This document shows positions 14,240 through 33,870 of a stretch of DNA of 64,000 bases, one piece after another. Numbering within the stretch: the stretch's first letter is position 1; every line of letters starts with the position of its first letter. The notes below the pieces were generated by a model. That model was not told the DNA's origin. It worked only from the letters and a program-made list of their open reading frames with translations, and searched no databases. The DNA comes from Chrysomallon squamiferum. Lineage: Eukaryota; Animalia; Mollusca. The stretch covers positions 1,860,001-1,924,000 of the forward strand of contig CM022678.1 of NCBI GenBank assembly GCA_012295275.1, read 5' to 3'. Position numbers and translations under genes: made by a program.

Positions 14240-14880
14240 GCGTTACTAGTAGTAGTTATATGTTGTCGTAGTAGTATAGTGGTGTTAATAATGTAGATGT
14301 CTAAAAGTTGTTATAGTAATAGTATTAGTAGTAGTTGTTGTTGTAGTTGTTGCAGTAGTATTATAATGGTGTTATAGAAGTCGTAAAAGTAATTAAAGCA
14401 ATAGTTGTAGTAGTTGTTGTTGTTGAAGTAGTATAATGGTGTTAGTAACAGTAGATGTAACATTAACTGTAGTAATAGTTGTTGCAGTAGTCGTTGTTGT
14501 AGCTGTAATGCTGTTGTAGTAGTTGTAGTATATTGGTGTTAGTAGATGTTGCAAAAATAATTGTAGTAATAATAGCAGCAATAGTAGTGTTGTTGTTGTA
14601 GTAGTAGTAGTGGTATATTGTGTTAGTAGTAATAGTGTTAGTATTAGTAGTTGTTGTGGTTGTTGTAGTGGTTGTTGTAGTAGTAGTATAAAGGTGATAG
14701 TAGATGTATAAGTAATTGTAGTCATAGTCGCAGTAGTTGTTGTTGTAGCTGTCGTGTTGTCGTAGTAGTTTAATGGTGTTAGTAAATGTCGTAAACGTAA
14801 TCGTGGTAATAGTAGTAGTTGTTACTGCTGCTGTAGTAGTAGTAGATGTAAATATAGATGTAGCAGAAAGAGTAGTCACA
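14240..14880. repeat. Degenerate (GTA/GTT)n trinucleotide low-complexity tract
   Basis: Direct observation; similar tracts at 4590-4890, 5760-6500 and 43750-44290. Confidence 0.85.
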
Positions 14881-16641
14881 GAAGAGCAGTGTTCAGAGTG
14901 AGGACAACAACGTGGTGAAAGATAAAATAATACGTCGTGTTTTTGTTTTTGTTTATCTGTTTACTTATTGATTTATTTATTTTCTTTTTCATTGAATTCT
15001 GATTTCCATAATCATAGTGGCAGTAACAGTAGTAGTAACAGTAGTGATAGTTGTTGTTGTAGTAGTAGTAGTAGTAGTAGAAGCAGTTATGGTATTAGCA
15101 GATGTATTGGTAGTTCTGTTAGTAGTAACAGTGGTGGTAATTGTAGTAGTAACGGGTGCAGTAATAATAATAGTAGCAGTAATTGTATTATTATTATTAT
15201 TAATAGTAGTAATGAAAGTGAAAGTGTTCATTCAGTAATGGTATTATCATCATCATCATCATCATCATCATTGGTGGTAGTAACAGGCAGCATAGTGAAG
15301 ATGTACATTTAGGGGCATCAACGAATGATTTTATTAAATTCTTCCTTCGTTGTCACAGTGTGGGTTGTTTGAACAGAACGACGTGTTCAGAAATGTGAAA
15401 ACCTGGTTAAAACTCGTCTGTGTGGGAAACACGTGGAGGTCTGAAGTAATGAAAAACAGAAAATTCGCACAGATAACAGTTTGTAGCAGCTTGCTGTTTT
15501 AAATAGAAGTTCAAATATATTTTACAGGTGTCTCTGTGTGCGTGTTTGTCCATATATGTGTGTGTGTGTGTGTGTGTGTGTCTGTCTGTGTGTATGTGTC
15601 TGTGTGTGTGTCTGTGTGTGTATGTGTCTGTGTGTGTGTCTGTGTGTATGTGTCTGTGTGTGTGTGTGTCTGTGTGTGTGTGTGTGTCTGTGTATGTGTG
15701 TGTGGGTGGGTGTATGTGTGTGGGTGTGTGGGTGTGTGTGGGTGTGTCTGTGTGTGTGTGTGTGGGTGGGTGGGTGGGTGGGTGGGTGGGTGTGTGGGTG
15801 TAAAACGATACGGGTTGTTGTTACTGGTTTCTGAATTAAAACAAAATATATAAAGTATAAAAATCACCCACACTTTTGGCTGGGAACTGTAGGGAATTGT
15901 TTTTCTTTTTGTTATACGTATTAGGAGGACATCTGACCTTTGACCGTGACTGTGACGATTAGTCCGTGCACTGCTCATCTGGTTTTACTACTTGTGTGAG
16001 CAGACGACGCTGTCACTCACGTGGCACGAGTTGTCCAGGCAATGCATGCTCTACATCCCAGACTGTAAGTTAACTCTGTTATTTAATCATCGTCTTTTCT
16101 GTGTTCGTTCTAATGCATAAAACGTAACTTAACAACATGAATGAACGATAGGCAGGATATGCGAGAAGCCAGGACAGACTTGTACGTTTTATATTTTACA
16201 ATGCATGGTAGATATTTTAAATTAAGCCCAGGGTTACTCACTTTTTTTTTTTTTTTTTAAAATTTATTGCAATCTTTTGAAATTCCGCTTTAGCAGTGCT
16301 ATCCCCACCTCCCCGTCAACAACAACAACAACAACGACAACGAAATAAATGGTTTAAGATGTCTGACTGTAAAAGTAGATAAGCAAACTGTAGCAAGGAC
16401 GACTCCTGTTGTGACGTCAGCATCATTAACGTCTTTAATCGTTTTGTACTGGGGGGGAGGTATTTTTATAATTCATTTATAGTTAATCTGTGTTCTATGA
16501 GAGGGAACACATACAGAACGAAATATACACTGTTTATAGAAAATATACATTAAAAACTGACGTATAATTTGATAGATTACCACGCTTTGAATACTGCTAT
16601 TCTACGACTGCTATTTCTTCTGGTACTACTGCAACTATAAT

Positions 16642-16679
<38 letters not shown>

Positions 16680-16829
16680 TACTATTATATAATTATTTTT
16701 TTAACACACACACACACATACATACACACACAGAGTTACTTTAGTATTTTGTTGCTGGTTTAGATCTTAAAAGACCTTTCTTGAAAACAGTATTCTCTCC
16801 AAAAATAAGAAATAAATTGTTATTTAAGG

Positions 16830-17250
16830 ACTATTTCGCTTTGATGCACGCGACACCGTAACGAATGCGCGCGAACCTATTAGTGTCGAGACTGATGAGG
16901 CGAGAACTAAAACTGTTAGCTGTGTTTAGTGTCTGTATTGGAGATTTACGACCTGTGTTACTTACGACTGGTTTTACGACGGCTCGAGTGAATGTTATCC
17001 CGTTTTATTAATCGTAATAGAAACTTAGTCCACTGTAGTCCGAATTGCGGTTTCGTTTAAACTAATTAAAATGTTCATCGTAACAGAATATACATACGTA
17101 TGACGTAAGTTTGACATGTATGACGTAAGTTTGACTTGTATGACGCGGTTACATACAGTAATACGGGTCCTGTGACTACAGCTGCGCGACCTAAGTGCAA
17201 AATCAGCTTACGACCAACTGGTCGGAACGTAACGTGGTCGTATGTCAGTA
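16830..17250. mobile_element. Degenerate Tigger/pogo-like DNA transposon remnant
   Basis: Repeated CTTACGAC motifs and an end CTTACGACCAACTGGTCGGAACGTAACGTGGTCGTATGTC resembling Tigger-type subterminal sequence; no clear second TIR. Confidence 0.4.
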
Positions 17251-19343
17251 TATAAATTTACATGATAAAAGAAACAATTGGTTATTGTTTACAGATATCA
17301 GCTTCATCCTGCTCAGAAGGAAATGATAAAATTGATATCTTAAAACAGAAAACACTTTGTCCCCACAAAAGTATCTCGAAAGTTAATCCAACCAGAAAAA
17401 TGTAACGTATACTGCTTAAGAAAAATATTGTTGAAATAAAATATCCGTAAAGAGTACGTCACTGTTAAAAGTAAATAAAACGTAAATCGTTGAAAGCTGC
17501 CAGTGAAGTTTCGAGAATAATATTCTTTTATTTTTTTTTTATTTTTTTTTTTTTTTTTTATCTGTACGGCCTTCGGTTGTTATCTCAAGAGAAGTTTAAT
17601 ATCAGCGAGTCAGAAAAGGTGTATAGATTACGTCACTGGAAACAGTTCGACCTTCAAGGCGGGGCAGTGTTACAGTTAGTGTGTTAGAAAGTTAGTGAGA
17701 GCGTTGTAGTCTTATGACGTCACGTATGGATCAGTACTGATTTCCAGTTCCACTTTGGATAAACGACAAACAGTTTAATCACAGTACTGAGACTGACACA
17801 GTTTTAGGTAGCTAAATCAGTGAAACACTTGTAAGATGTCGGCGCAGAATAACATGAGATACAAAATCAAATAATCATATTCAAGGCAAAAAACCCAGCA
17901 AGTATTAATTTAAGAAACTTTAAAAATAAAAACAGAAAATGTAACAATCACATTAATAATAATTTTGCGGTTTAGTTCAACGCCTTGTTTCTTTTACGAA
18001 AATGTCACGTAAAACTGAATAAATCAACTTTATTTTGTCAAACTTGTCAATCGAGCTTCTTTTTTCTTTCTTCTTCTTCTGATTTTTTTCTTTTTCACAT
18101 TGTTATTTTTCTACTGACACAGGCATGTGCTCGCATAACCGGTGTTAACGATAAACGTCGACTGTAATCGAAAAAACAAACAAACCCTGCTTATTATTTT
18201 CAGTTCAGTTTTGTTTAACAAATAAAATTAATTTAAATGAAATGTGAGATAATAAAAAGCCACGTACTTTTACAGAAATAGATATTCTCTGCTCACCAGA
18301 TGTGTTTTTGATTATGAGGAAGTTTTTACATGTACACCGGTTATGGCTGTACCTGATGTCTGACCGCGATAAAATGTTTGATTTGATAAATTTGAAAAGC
18401 GAAAATGGGTTTGTACAGTTTTATATGATTTACATTTTCTTTTTGTTTTGTTTTAAATATCTAATTAAACACTAATTAATGAAAAGGTTGCCTTTTATTT
18501 AATTATTATAACCAATAATAAAGTAAGTAAACAGTCTAATTGCCGTGAATAGATTTTTGCTCTAAGCAGAGAAAAATAGTTCGAGATAATTATTATTATT
18601 ATCTGTATTTTATACAAGTTATTAGTGTTTATGAACACTGTTATTATTCTTGTTTTAATTTTGTTTATTTAAATGTCCAGATTTTAAATGCATAGCAATA
18701 CAGTTTAAAAATTAATTTAAAAATAAACATTTCATATCGGTGAAGGTCATGCCAAAGTTCTAATGGCGGAGTAGTCGATAAAAATGACTTATCATCGTAA
18801 TGTTTAATTTGGTTTGAAATTTGATGTAATATGTTGTTAAAACAATTTGTTCCAAACCATGGATGATAGAATGTCACAAACATTTCACAAGACCACACAA
18901 AATACACCAAAACATGAATAATAAAAAAAAAAAAAAAAAAAAATGTCTTTCAAAATAAACACGACCTGTGCCTGGAAAACATTATTTAACGTAACCAGGA
19001 CAAAACGTAATTGATTTTCATTAAAACTGCAGTGACTATGAATTTGTATGTATGTATGTATGTGTGTATATGTGTGTGTATTATTATTCTTATTATTTTA
19101 TTATAAATAACGCATGCGTGTTTGTATGAAACTAAGTGCAGTATGACAGTATAGAAGTTTTTAACTACAAGAAATTTTTAAAAAGGTTCGGAAGTTTTAC
19201 GGTGTAATTTTATGACTAGTTCCTGTATGTAGGGATGGTTCTTCCTTGTTGAGTGTAGTTCAAAACCACATTATTTCTGTTTGTACTAATAAAAACAATA
19301 CCACAACAATAACAATAGCTAGAGTAATGACAGCAACAATCAC

Positions 19344-19411
<68 letters not shown>

Positions 19412-20230
19412 CGCTAGTTGTAGTAATAATAATAAAAGGACGACTACTACTACCACTACTACTATTAATAATAACACTACACGATCAACCACCAGGACCA
19501 CAACAACAACAACAACAATAATGAGCAACAACAATGGGACAGGAACAACTAGTATTGTCATAAAAATGAACAAAATTAATATTTCCCTTTATTTCCAAAT
19601 GAAGCATCTGTTACCCTAATTTATAGCTTATAATACTAATACTAATACTACTACTAATACTAATACTAATAATAACCAGTGAGTGCAAAATCTGTGAAGC
19701 AAAGAGGGTTCAGTGAATTCTAAACTGCACCTGTCACGTTGTGTTGTGTGTTTTCAGAGGCGGATCCACAACAAGGAAGGGGGAAGGGGGAGTGCATGTC
19801 AGTCACGTCGACAACTTACTAAATCACTAAGCAAATGTTTTCCCCTTTTTTTGCTACATTTATTTATTTATTTATTTATTTATTTATTTTTCAAAAATAG
19901 GCTCTTATTTTTATTTTAAAGTCATATTTTTTTATTTAAAATCGTTTATTTTATTTTATTTTATGTTGTTTCATTATTATATTAATATTAATTAATTACT
20001 TTGTTTAAGATTAAATAATCAATTTGTATGTTTATTTATGTCTTCTTCTTGTTATTATTCTTATTATTCTTCTTATTATTATTGTTATATATTTTTTTAT
20101 TCCACTGATAAGAATGTTTAGTTCACAGTGCTTTTTCATATCGATCCTCGACCTCCCCTAATAAATGTTTATCTGCTCCTGTTGCTGAAACGTGGAGTAA
20201 ATCAGTAACTGTCGGTAGTGAGCGACGTAC

Positions 20231-21420
20231 GTATTACTTATTACATTTAGATATCAGTGATATTATTTATTACAGTTAGATATCAGTGATATTATTTGTT
20301 ACAGTTAGATATCAGTGTTATTATTTGTTACAGTTAGATATCAGTGTTATTATTTATTACAGTTAGATATCAGTGTTATTACTTATTACATTTAGATATC
20401 AGTGTTATTATTTATTACATTTAGATATCAGTGTTATTATTTATTACAGTTAGATATCAGTGTTATTATTTATTACATTTAGATATCAGTGTTATTATTT
20501 ATTACAGTTAGATATCAGTGTTATTATTTATTACATTTAGATATCAGTGTTATTACTTATTACATTTAGATATCAGCGTTATTACTTATTACATTTAGAT
20601 ATCAGTGTTATTTACTTGTTACATTTAGATATCAGTGTTATTTACTTGTTACATTTAGATATCAGTGTTATTATTTATTACATTTAGATATCTGTTATTA
20701 TTTATTACAGTTAGATATCAGTGTTATTATTTATTACAGTTAGATATCAGTGTTATTATTTATTACAGTTAGATATCAGTGTTATTACTTATTACATTTA
20801 GATATCAGTGTTATTATTTATTACAGTTATATATCAGTGTTATTAGATATCAGTGTTATTATTATTACAGTTAGATATCAGTGTTATTATTTATTACAGT
20901 TAGATATCAGTGTTATTACTTATTACATTTAGATATCAGTGTTATTACTTATTACAGTTAGATATCAGTGTTATTACTTATTACAGTTATATATCAGTGT
21001 TATTACTTATTACATTTAGATATCAGTGTTATTATTTATTACATTTAGATATCAGTGTTATTACTTATTACATTTAGATATCAGTGTTATTATGTATTAC
21101 ATTTAGATATCTGTTATTATTTATTACATTTAGATATCTGTTATTATTTATTACAGTTATATATCAGTGTTATTATTTATTACATTTAGATATCAGTGTT
21201 ATTACTTATTACATTTAGATATCTGTTATTATTTATTACAGTTAGATATCAGTGTTGTTACTTATTACATTTAGATATCAGTGATATTATTTATTACATT
21301 TAGATATCAGTGTTATTATTACAGTTAGATATCAATATTATTATTTATGACAGATTTCAGTGTTATTACTTGTTAGTTAGGCATCAGTTATTACTTATTA
21401 CAGTTAGATATCAGAGTTAT
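20231..21420. repeat. 29-bp minisatellite (TTAGATATCAGTGTTATTATTTATTACA[G/T]), ~40 copies
   Basis: Homogeneous head-to-tail units with no spacers, ~1.2 kb upstream of the sulfotransferase ATG. Confidence 0.95.
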
Positions 21421-22315
21421 TATTTATTATAATTATTTCCCGTGAATAATAAAATACGGAGGTAGAAACAAACAAAGACTGAAAGAGAGAAAGAAGGAAG
21501 CAAGCAACGAAAGAAAGAAATAAACAAACAGAAAACTAACTTACTAAGTAAGCAAGTAAGTAAACTCAGAAAGAAGAAAAGAAAGAAAGAGGGAGAGAAA
21601 TATAAATTTTGAAACATAAATAAATGAATTTACATGTGGTAAAGTTTATCTGATTCGTGTTGTAACAATCACAGAAGAAAGATTTTCTGAAGACTGTTTA
21701 ACTTTGAAGGGGAAACTCAACGACACGATTGTGCGATTAGTGAACTCAGTTCTCTTATCACTTCAACATGTTGCATTAAACACACACCCATACACACAAG
21801 AACACAGAGACGTAGACAGGCAGGCACAGAGAAACACACACAACAAAACAGACATACACAAATATACACGAAGCTACATACAAATACATAAATATATAAA
21901 TCACAGATGCATAAATACATCAATTACAGATGCATATACGCATAGACAGACAAATATGCATACATACATACATATATCTATACACACACGCTCACACTTA
22001 CACGTGTTCTATATTCATTCTCCGGTATAGAGATATACACATATTTTGCTTGCTTGCTTACTTACCTAGTTTCTTTTTAAATGCTACTCACAGAGGAACT
22101 GATCATCAAAACGTTTCTCGTTGTGTAAAGGTAATGATCTGTCTGAGGTGCAGCTAGGATCGACAATACAACACTCGTGTGCTTTACGTTCCATTTAATC
22201 TCGTTTTCATTTTTTATATTTTTTAAAAATGTTTTCATATCATTTAAGCATTTCTGCTTTGTTCTTTCTTTTTCTTGTTGTTTTTCCTCTTCTTGGTACA
22301 TTACTAGTGATAATC

Positions 22316-22366
<51 letters not shown>

Positions 22367-22433
22367 GTAACAATAGCATAATCGTCATCATCATAATTAC
22401 TGTTGTTTTCATCATTATCATCGTCATCATCAT

Positions 22434-22489
<56 letters not shown>

Positions 22490-22585
22490 GTTATTTTTCT
22501 TTTGTTAGTATTACAAAAGTTCATTATTTTAATTACGACGTTGCTATGGTTACAGAGTACCGCATGACGGCTGAACGGACGGAGG

Positions 22586-26669
<4,084 letters not shown>

Positions 26670-26711
26670 CAAAACGACATTTGTTTGGTTGTTTGTTTGT
26701 TTTTTTTTTTT

Positions 26712-26743
<32 letters not shown>

Positions 26744-26807
26744 TATTTATTTCTTTCTTTATTTATTTCTTATATGTATTTATTTATTTATATTTTTACT
26801 TTATTTG

Positions 26808-26839
<32 letters not shown>

Positions 26840-27056
26840 TACTATTACTACTACTACTACTACTACTATTATTATACAAGTAGTACCAGTATGTTATTGC
26901 TATAGTCACTAATTATTTATTTACATTTTTTTAAATTATGTTCCTAAATGTCATCATCGTCATCGATATTGTGTTGTTTTTTTTTTATATTTTTATTCAT
27001 GTAATGATATCACAATAAAACAACAAAATCTGCCTTGTTATTACGTTTTATAGCAG

Positions 27057-27180
<124 letters not shown>

Positions 27181-27484
27181 ACAAGATTATAGAAAACAGT
27201 AATGACCACATGTTTCAACAAATGAAGGATTACCAAGAAAATACGTAAAAACTACGTTTGTTGATAATTCTAGTATTACAAATATAGCTCCTTTAAATAT
27301 TAGACTATGGCAGATTTTATCACATGTATCTGAAATGAATTTGTGTTTTAAAAAAGAAAGGAAACATAAATAATCTATAAATTATTTTTATTTAATACAA
27401 AAGCATTATTAGCAAAATCTTGCGTTTATATCTCAAATTAACTGAAAGAAAGGAAGAAGTTAACAAGCATGTAAGTGAACAGGA

Positions 27485-27613
<129 letters not shown>

Positions 27614-28131
27614 TAATAATAATAGCAGTAGTAGTAGTAGTAGTTGTTGTTGTTGTTGTAGAGGTGACAACATGAAAATAATAATATGAATATTATCAAG
27701 GTAAAAAAATTGAAAGCCTATCAAATTTAAACTCACCTTACAAAAAGGAAGAAAGCGTCCATATTGAACTACTACAGAACAAAATCTTTATCAGAAACAA
27801 AATCAGTTTATTAATATGTACAAACTTCAAATCAGTAGAAAAAATATATATCTCTTTCTAAACTAGAAAATAATTAACAATACAAGAGAAATACTAAAAA
27901 AAAAAAAAAATTATTATAAATAGAAAAGAAACGTGACGACATCACAAGGAACAACGGAGCAGTAGTAATAGTCTGTCGTCATTGTTACAGTTGTAGTAGT
28001 CGTTGTAGTAGTAATGGTGGTACTGTTGTTACCATTATAGTAATCGTAGTAGTAATAGTAAAACTCTTGTTACTATTGTAGTAGTCGTACTAGTAGGAGA
28101 GTAGCAGTAGTAGTAGTTGAATGTGTTGCTC

Positions 28132-28231
28132 TTACTGTTGACGTAGATCTTCATACTGATCTTCAGGGTTTACATTTTCTGGATCCAGTTTAAGTAAAAG
28201 AAAGAAATAAAATGTAATAAATAAATAAATA

Positions 28232-28310
<79 letters not shown>

Positions 28311-28348
28311 GACACATCTACGTATTTATCTATATATTTGTTTATTTG

Positions 28349-28396
<48 letters not shown>

Positions 28397-28400
28397 TATG

Positions 28401-28461
<61 letters not shown>

Positions 28462-29440
28462 CTCAGGAAAGGAAAATAATAAATGAATACTCACTACGAT
28501 TCTCGAAAGATGCGTTTACATATCTAATGAAGAAAAAACAAACATAAACATAAAATAAAATAAAATAAGAACTGAAATACTTAAAATCAAATAAAATACA
28601 CATAAACACGAAATCGCCGAAATATTTTTATCACCGTCATGAAAAAATTAATTTTCCCTTGATCTCCACGACGCGGACGTCGCAGGAAACAGCGTCAAAG
28701 AGCCTGTTTATTTCAATCTATTTACGTTTTTTTCACATCCTGTTTGAAAATAACACCAGCACCAGCAGAAGCAGCAGCAGCAACAACAACAACAACAACA
28801 ACAACAATAATAATAATAATAATAATAATTTAAAATAAATAAATAAATATTTTAGAACAGAAAATAGTAAAATAAAACTTACATTTCTTCCGCTGAATTT
28901 ACGGACGTCACTGAAAATAAAATAAGCAACAGAAGATCTGTAAATAAATTAGCTAATTAACTTTTGTTTATTTGTTTGTTTGTTTGTTTTTTGTTTTAAA
29001 ACTACTACGCTTTAACTGACTACTTTTATTCACTTTGCCGATCTACAACAACAATTTATTATTTACCCTTTTCTGATCCTTTTCGTTTTCTTCTGATGCA
29101 AATGACAACGGCAACAGCTAAACCGATAACAACAACACCGCATGATACACCTACTCCAACAGCAGCCCAGACTGAGAGTTTTCCTAAGTTAAAATAAAAA
29201 TATTATTTTATTTTATAAATTAAACAAATACAGTATCTTCATGCTACACACAGATACATTTACCCGTATTCATGATACACACAGACAGACCTATACAAGG
29301 TTGTCTATAAACCATCTCGTCAGTGACATCTGTGGTTTGTGAAGTTGTGATTTGACTTTTGTCCTCCTGTGTCAGTACCATCCCGATTATTGTCACTGAG
29401 CAGAGTCTAATCAGACGAACTCAGAGAATATTCATTCCTG

Positions 29441-29519
<79 letters not shown>

Positions 29520-31707
29520 TTCACTCATAAAATAAAGTAAATATTTCAAAATATATCGATTGTAACATTAAATAAATAAATAAATAAATTAAAGTTTGAT
29601 CTAAAATAACTCACTGACTACGTTTATTCTGAAGAATTTCTCCACTTTTGCTCCAGTTTCTGGATTTCTCGCGGTACACTTGTAGTATCCTGATTGTTGT
29701 TGTGTGACGTCAGAAAGACTCAGGCTGTCTCCGGTAGCAATGACGCGGTCCAACAACGACCACGTGTACTTACATCCGGGTCTGCAGTCAGCTACACACG
29801 AAACACGTAAAGATCCAAACTCGGTAAGAGTGTGAATTGTTTTATCAGGCTTCAGTGATGTCTCTTCATCAACTGGACCATCTACAGTTAAAATAGTGAT
29901 TATCTTTAGTGACTGGACAATCTACAGTTAAAACAGTGATCTTCTTTAGTGACTGGACAACCTACATCTAAAATAGTGATTAGCTTTAGTTACTGGGCCA
30001 TCTACAGTTAAAATAGTGATTTTCTTCATCAACTTTACCATCTACAGCTAAAATAGTGATTATCTTTAGTTACTGGGCCATCTACAGTTCAAATAGTGAT
30101 TCACTTAAGTTACTGGACCATCTACAGTTAAACCTGTGGTTCTCTTTAGTGATTGGTCATCTACAGTTAAAATAGTGATTGTCTAAAATGATTGGTCAAA
30201 ATTACATGTACAATGTAGAACTAATTAAATCGTATTTGTATTTATAGACTAATTATTATGTGTGTGTATGTCTGTACCTACGTTGTGTATCTAACTAGAC
30301 TCACAATAAACAACTAGACTCACAATAAACAACTAGACGTATTCTGTTAGATTTCACTTCTTCGTCAGTTCTCATTTCACTGTTTCTGGCTGAACAGTAA
30401 ATCTCCTTGTTGTGATGACTTCTCTCAGGAATGTAGGTGAAGGAAATCTCAGTTTTTGGTGAGTACATTTCATATTTGAGAGGACTACAAAGAGTTAAAC
30501 CAGTTTCAGAACTTGTCACTGATATTTGAGTTGTAACTCTCAGATCTGTCTCGTTCATTTTCAGTTTTGTTTCTGGTTCTGGACTCGCCCCTCCAACTTT
30601 GCAGGTAAAACCGTCATATCTCTTTCCCTCAACCACCGTCAGAAAATCCCCACCCTCAGATACAGACAACACACAGCAGTCGACTTTGTCTGAAATCAAT
30701 ATTAAATAATTATACTTTATGTTTCTATATCTGTGTCTACGTGTGTAAGTGTGTATGTAGCTATCGATGTTTGTAGGTATGTATGCATGCATGCATCCAT
30801 GTATGTTTCTATGTATGTATTTATATAAATTTCTAAAGTATGTTTCTAAATAAATATTTATGTATTTTTCTAAATTTAGTTATAGGTAGGTACGTACGTG
30901 TAGTCGTAAGAGTCACAGTGTTGCTGTAATAGTATCGGCTGTCCTGTTGTACCTTGCAATAAAAGGAGGTTAAATGAGTCACGTTAGTAGTTGTCATGAC
31001 AACTCTGTATTCTCTTAATCGAGATATTTCATCTGTCCCTAATCCGCAGTATCCGTATATGTTGACTGGGTCATTCTGAAAATTTGTATACACAGAACAA
31101 CTTGACGAATACTGATTAAACTTAACCACGGTGCTTCCCATACACCAGATTTCTTTTCAAATAAATATTAAAACTTAGTTGCTATCAGTTTCTTGATGTT
31201 CTCCACTCTGATGTTAAAGGTAACTGGCTGTCCTCTTTTCACTTTAGCAGACGAAAATGTCATTTGAACTGAGACACCTGTGTCAAAAAAAAAAACATCA
31301 GTTGAGATTTTAAATTAAGAAAAAATCAAACGGAGGTAAAAAAAAAAATCAAATAAAAAATAACAACAAATGATAATAATAAAAATAAAAATATATCTTA
31401 AATGATCAAAATAATGTGTCTGTCTAATAATAATCATAAATAGTATGATGATGATGAAACAATGTATGAGGTGATGTTTTTAATAAAAAAGAGACAGAGG
31501 GTGTCCGTATTTTATTAAAAACAAACAACTGCATTTTTAACAGCCAGTCTAGTTCTTTTACTTTTTAATTATTTCTGAAAATTCGGAGTGTTCTTTGATG
31601 TGAGAAAAACAAATATATTAATTGATTAATTAATAATAATAAAAATAAGAAGAACAAGAAGAAGATGAAGAAGAAGAAGAAGAAGAACAACAACAACAAT
31701 AATGATG

Positions 31708-31752
<45 letters not shown>

Positions 31753-32188
31753 TGACATGAGTCATATCTTCGTTGTTTAAATTATGATATTATGGTGTGA
31801 CTGATGTTTATTTAACAGCAGGATTATTATTATGCATTCGTACCTTTGATAATATGTATTTTTTGACATAAGTGTATTATGACATGGCCATACAAAAATA
31901 CTGTTGATGTAAGATACAAACGCATATACCAAACATAAAATAAACCAACTAAAGAGCAAAACAAACATAGAAACAGACATATACAGATACAATAGACAGA
32001 AAGGGACATTCCTTTGGCTATAATGGGATATTTCAGTCATATACGAAATAGTCTTTATTTTTATATAAATTCTGATTATTAAACTATGTCGTTATTTTTA
32101 CACAAACGTAAATAAAACACTTACCTGTACAGTTAGTAAACATCGCTAAACAAAACAAAAACACGAGTGAAAATTTGATGAAATCCAT
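28132..32188 (-). pseudogene. Ig-superfamily receptor copy A (frameshifted domain-1 exon, mutated last acceptor)
   Basis: Exons: SP 32188-32125 ([21 protein letters not shown]); D1 31277-30898 (380 nt, not a multiple of 3; TAA after ENIKKLIATKF); Ig2 30689-30324; Ig3 29881-29615; TM 29183-29067; tail 28910-28883 and 28523-28495 (IYVNASFENR); last exon ~28184-28132 (DQYEDLRQQ*), whose acceptor reads AAACTGG instead of AAACTAG. Confidence 0.75.
29882..30200 (-). repeat. 40-bp splice-acceptor tandem array, copy A intron 3 (~8 units)
   Basis: Units of ATGGTCCAGTCACTAAAGATAATCACTATTTTAACTGTAG (gene sense) directly upstream of the Ig3 exon. Confidence 0.85.
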
Positions 32189-33013
32189 TGACCAAATCCC
32201 TGTAATCGTTAGATATTGTAAAATGATTCAAATTTTAGTTATAAAAATGAAACACAAGGTTTTTAGTTTTGTATTTAGTTGATGAAAAATTCAGACAGGA
32301 CTCATGTAATCCACATTGTATTAATGATGCCTTTTGTGTTATTTGACGTAAGATAAATAAGTAAGTAAATAAATAAATAAATAATAATTACAAAATGAAA
32401 CCTTCCTCGTTCAAATTTAGCTTTTAAAGTGGCACTGATGTCAAGTTGACTGGTTACTTAAGACCAGGAAGATACAACAGGAAGATGGATTACTATTATT
32501 ATCATCATCATCATCATCATTGTTTATAAAGAAACATATTTTAACACAAAGATTTCTTATTTTTGGCTACAAAAAAATACTTTATCAGAAAAACTAAAAT
32601 TTCTTTCTTCTTTCTTTTCCTATCTAAGGCGAAAGTTTTAAATAGCTTGTGAAAATTGATATGATGACATGTTTTTAAATTATACATTTTATTTTATTAC
32701 TACTACTACTACTACTACTACTATTACTTATTTTATATTTTTTTTTTAAATATTATTATTATTTTTTCTGTAAGACAAAAGATCGGGATAAAAACACGTG
32801 GTAAATGTTAGTCTGAGTTTTTTTTACATTTTATCTGATGATTACATGAAAACACAAACTATTTCTGACATTTCTAATTTTATTCAAATCTCACTATGTC
32901 GACAAAGAAATGTCCCCTTTCCTCTCTTCTGAATATGTCTCTGTTTTTATTTGTCTGTCTTTGCTCCTCTATCTATCTCTTTTCACCCTCCTTCTATCTA
33001 TCTACATATATGA

Positions 33014-33060
<47 letters not shown>

Positions 33061-33659
33061 CTTAAGCAAATGTATGGATATTTACGTTGTATGCTTATTT
33101 ATATTTACATAAGTTTCTCCTATAAATGTGTTTCAGTCACTCTTCTATTGGTTTATTTTAATGTTTTAATGTTTGTGATGTATGAATTTGTATGTTACAT
33201 CTACAGTATTTTTTTATTTTAGAGCATATACCTATGTATATAAGGCGTATTCTCCAGGATATGTATGTAGTTTTTGTACAAGCACGTGAATCTACTATTG
33301 CGAGTAGTGGTCAGATGAAAAATAAAACAGTTTCATTTAGTTTTTTAATTACTTTACAATGTTTGGTTTATAAACATGTCAGATTTATCCAGCTCGGCAT
33401 AGTCTCACTGAATCCAGACATTCTAACCTTCGCAGGAAAAAGCTGATATGTTAAGACAGTAAACAGTGTGTGTGTGTGTGTGTTTTTTATATATTGTCTC
33501 AGTCACGAACACATTTCATTGTACGAATTTGTTTTCGCTGTAAATTTTGTGTACAGATGAAATACAATTCTCGCAAAACAGGAAGTAATTCAGATCGGTT
33601 ATGTGATGTGGCGGATGTGTTTCCATAGCAATTGTGGTGAGTATATTTCGTATTTCAGA

Positions 33660-33870
33660 GGACTACAAGAATCAGTGTCAAAACTTCGCCAAGGAAAGAC
33701 AAGCACTACGCAATACACTGGAGAAACTAAAAATCGAGTTCACGCTCCAACACATCCTGGCACCAAACACGAAAGACAGAGAGTTGGTCCTCGCTGCAGT
33801 AACAAATTACATTCTCAACACAAAACACAAACTTAGGACCTTTTTATTTTTATTTTTTTTTTTTTGACAC
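33660..33870 (+). mobile_element. 5'-truncated non-LTR retrotransposon ORF2 C-terminal fragment
   Basis: QCQNFAKERQALRNTLEKLKIEFTLQHILAP...VLAAVTNYILNTKHKL resembles the C-x2-[FY]-x3-R-x2-L...IL...V-x2-[FY]I-x2-T end of LINE ORF2 proteins; recognised by eye only. Confidence 0.45.

Noticed and set aside
20231-21420. 29-bp and 40-bp arrays as possible CRISPR arrays
   Set aside because: Head-to-tail units without unique spacers, no cas genes, and a eukaryotic intron context.
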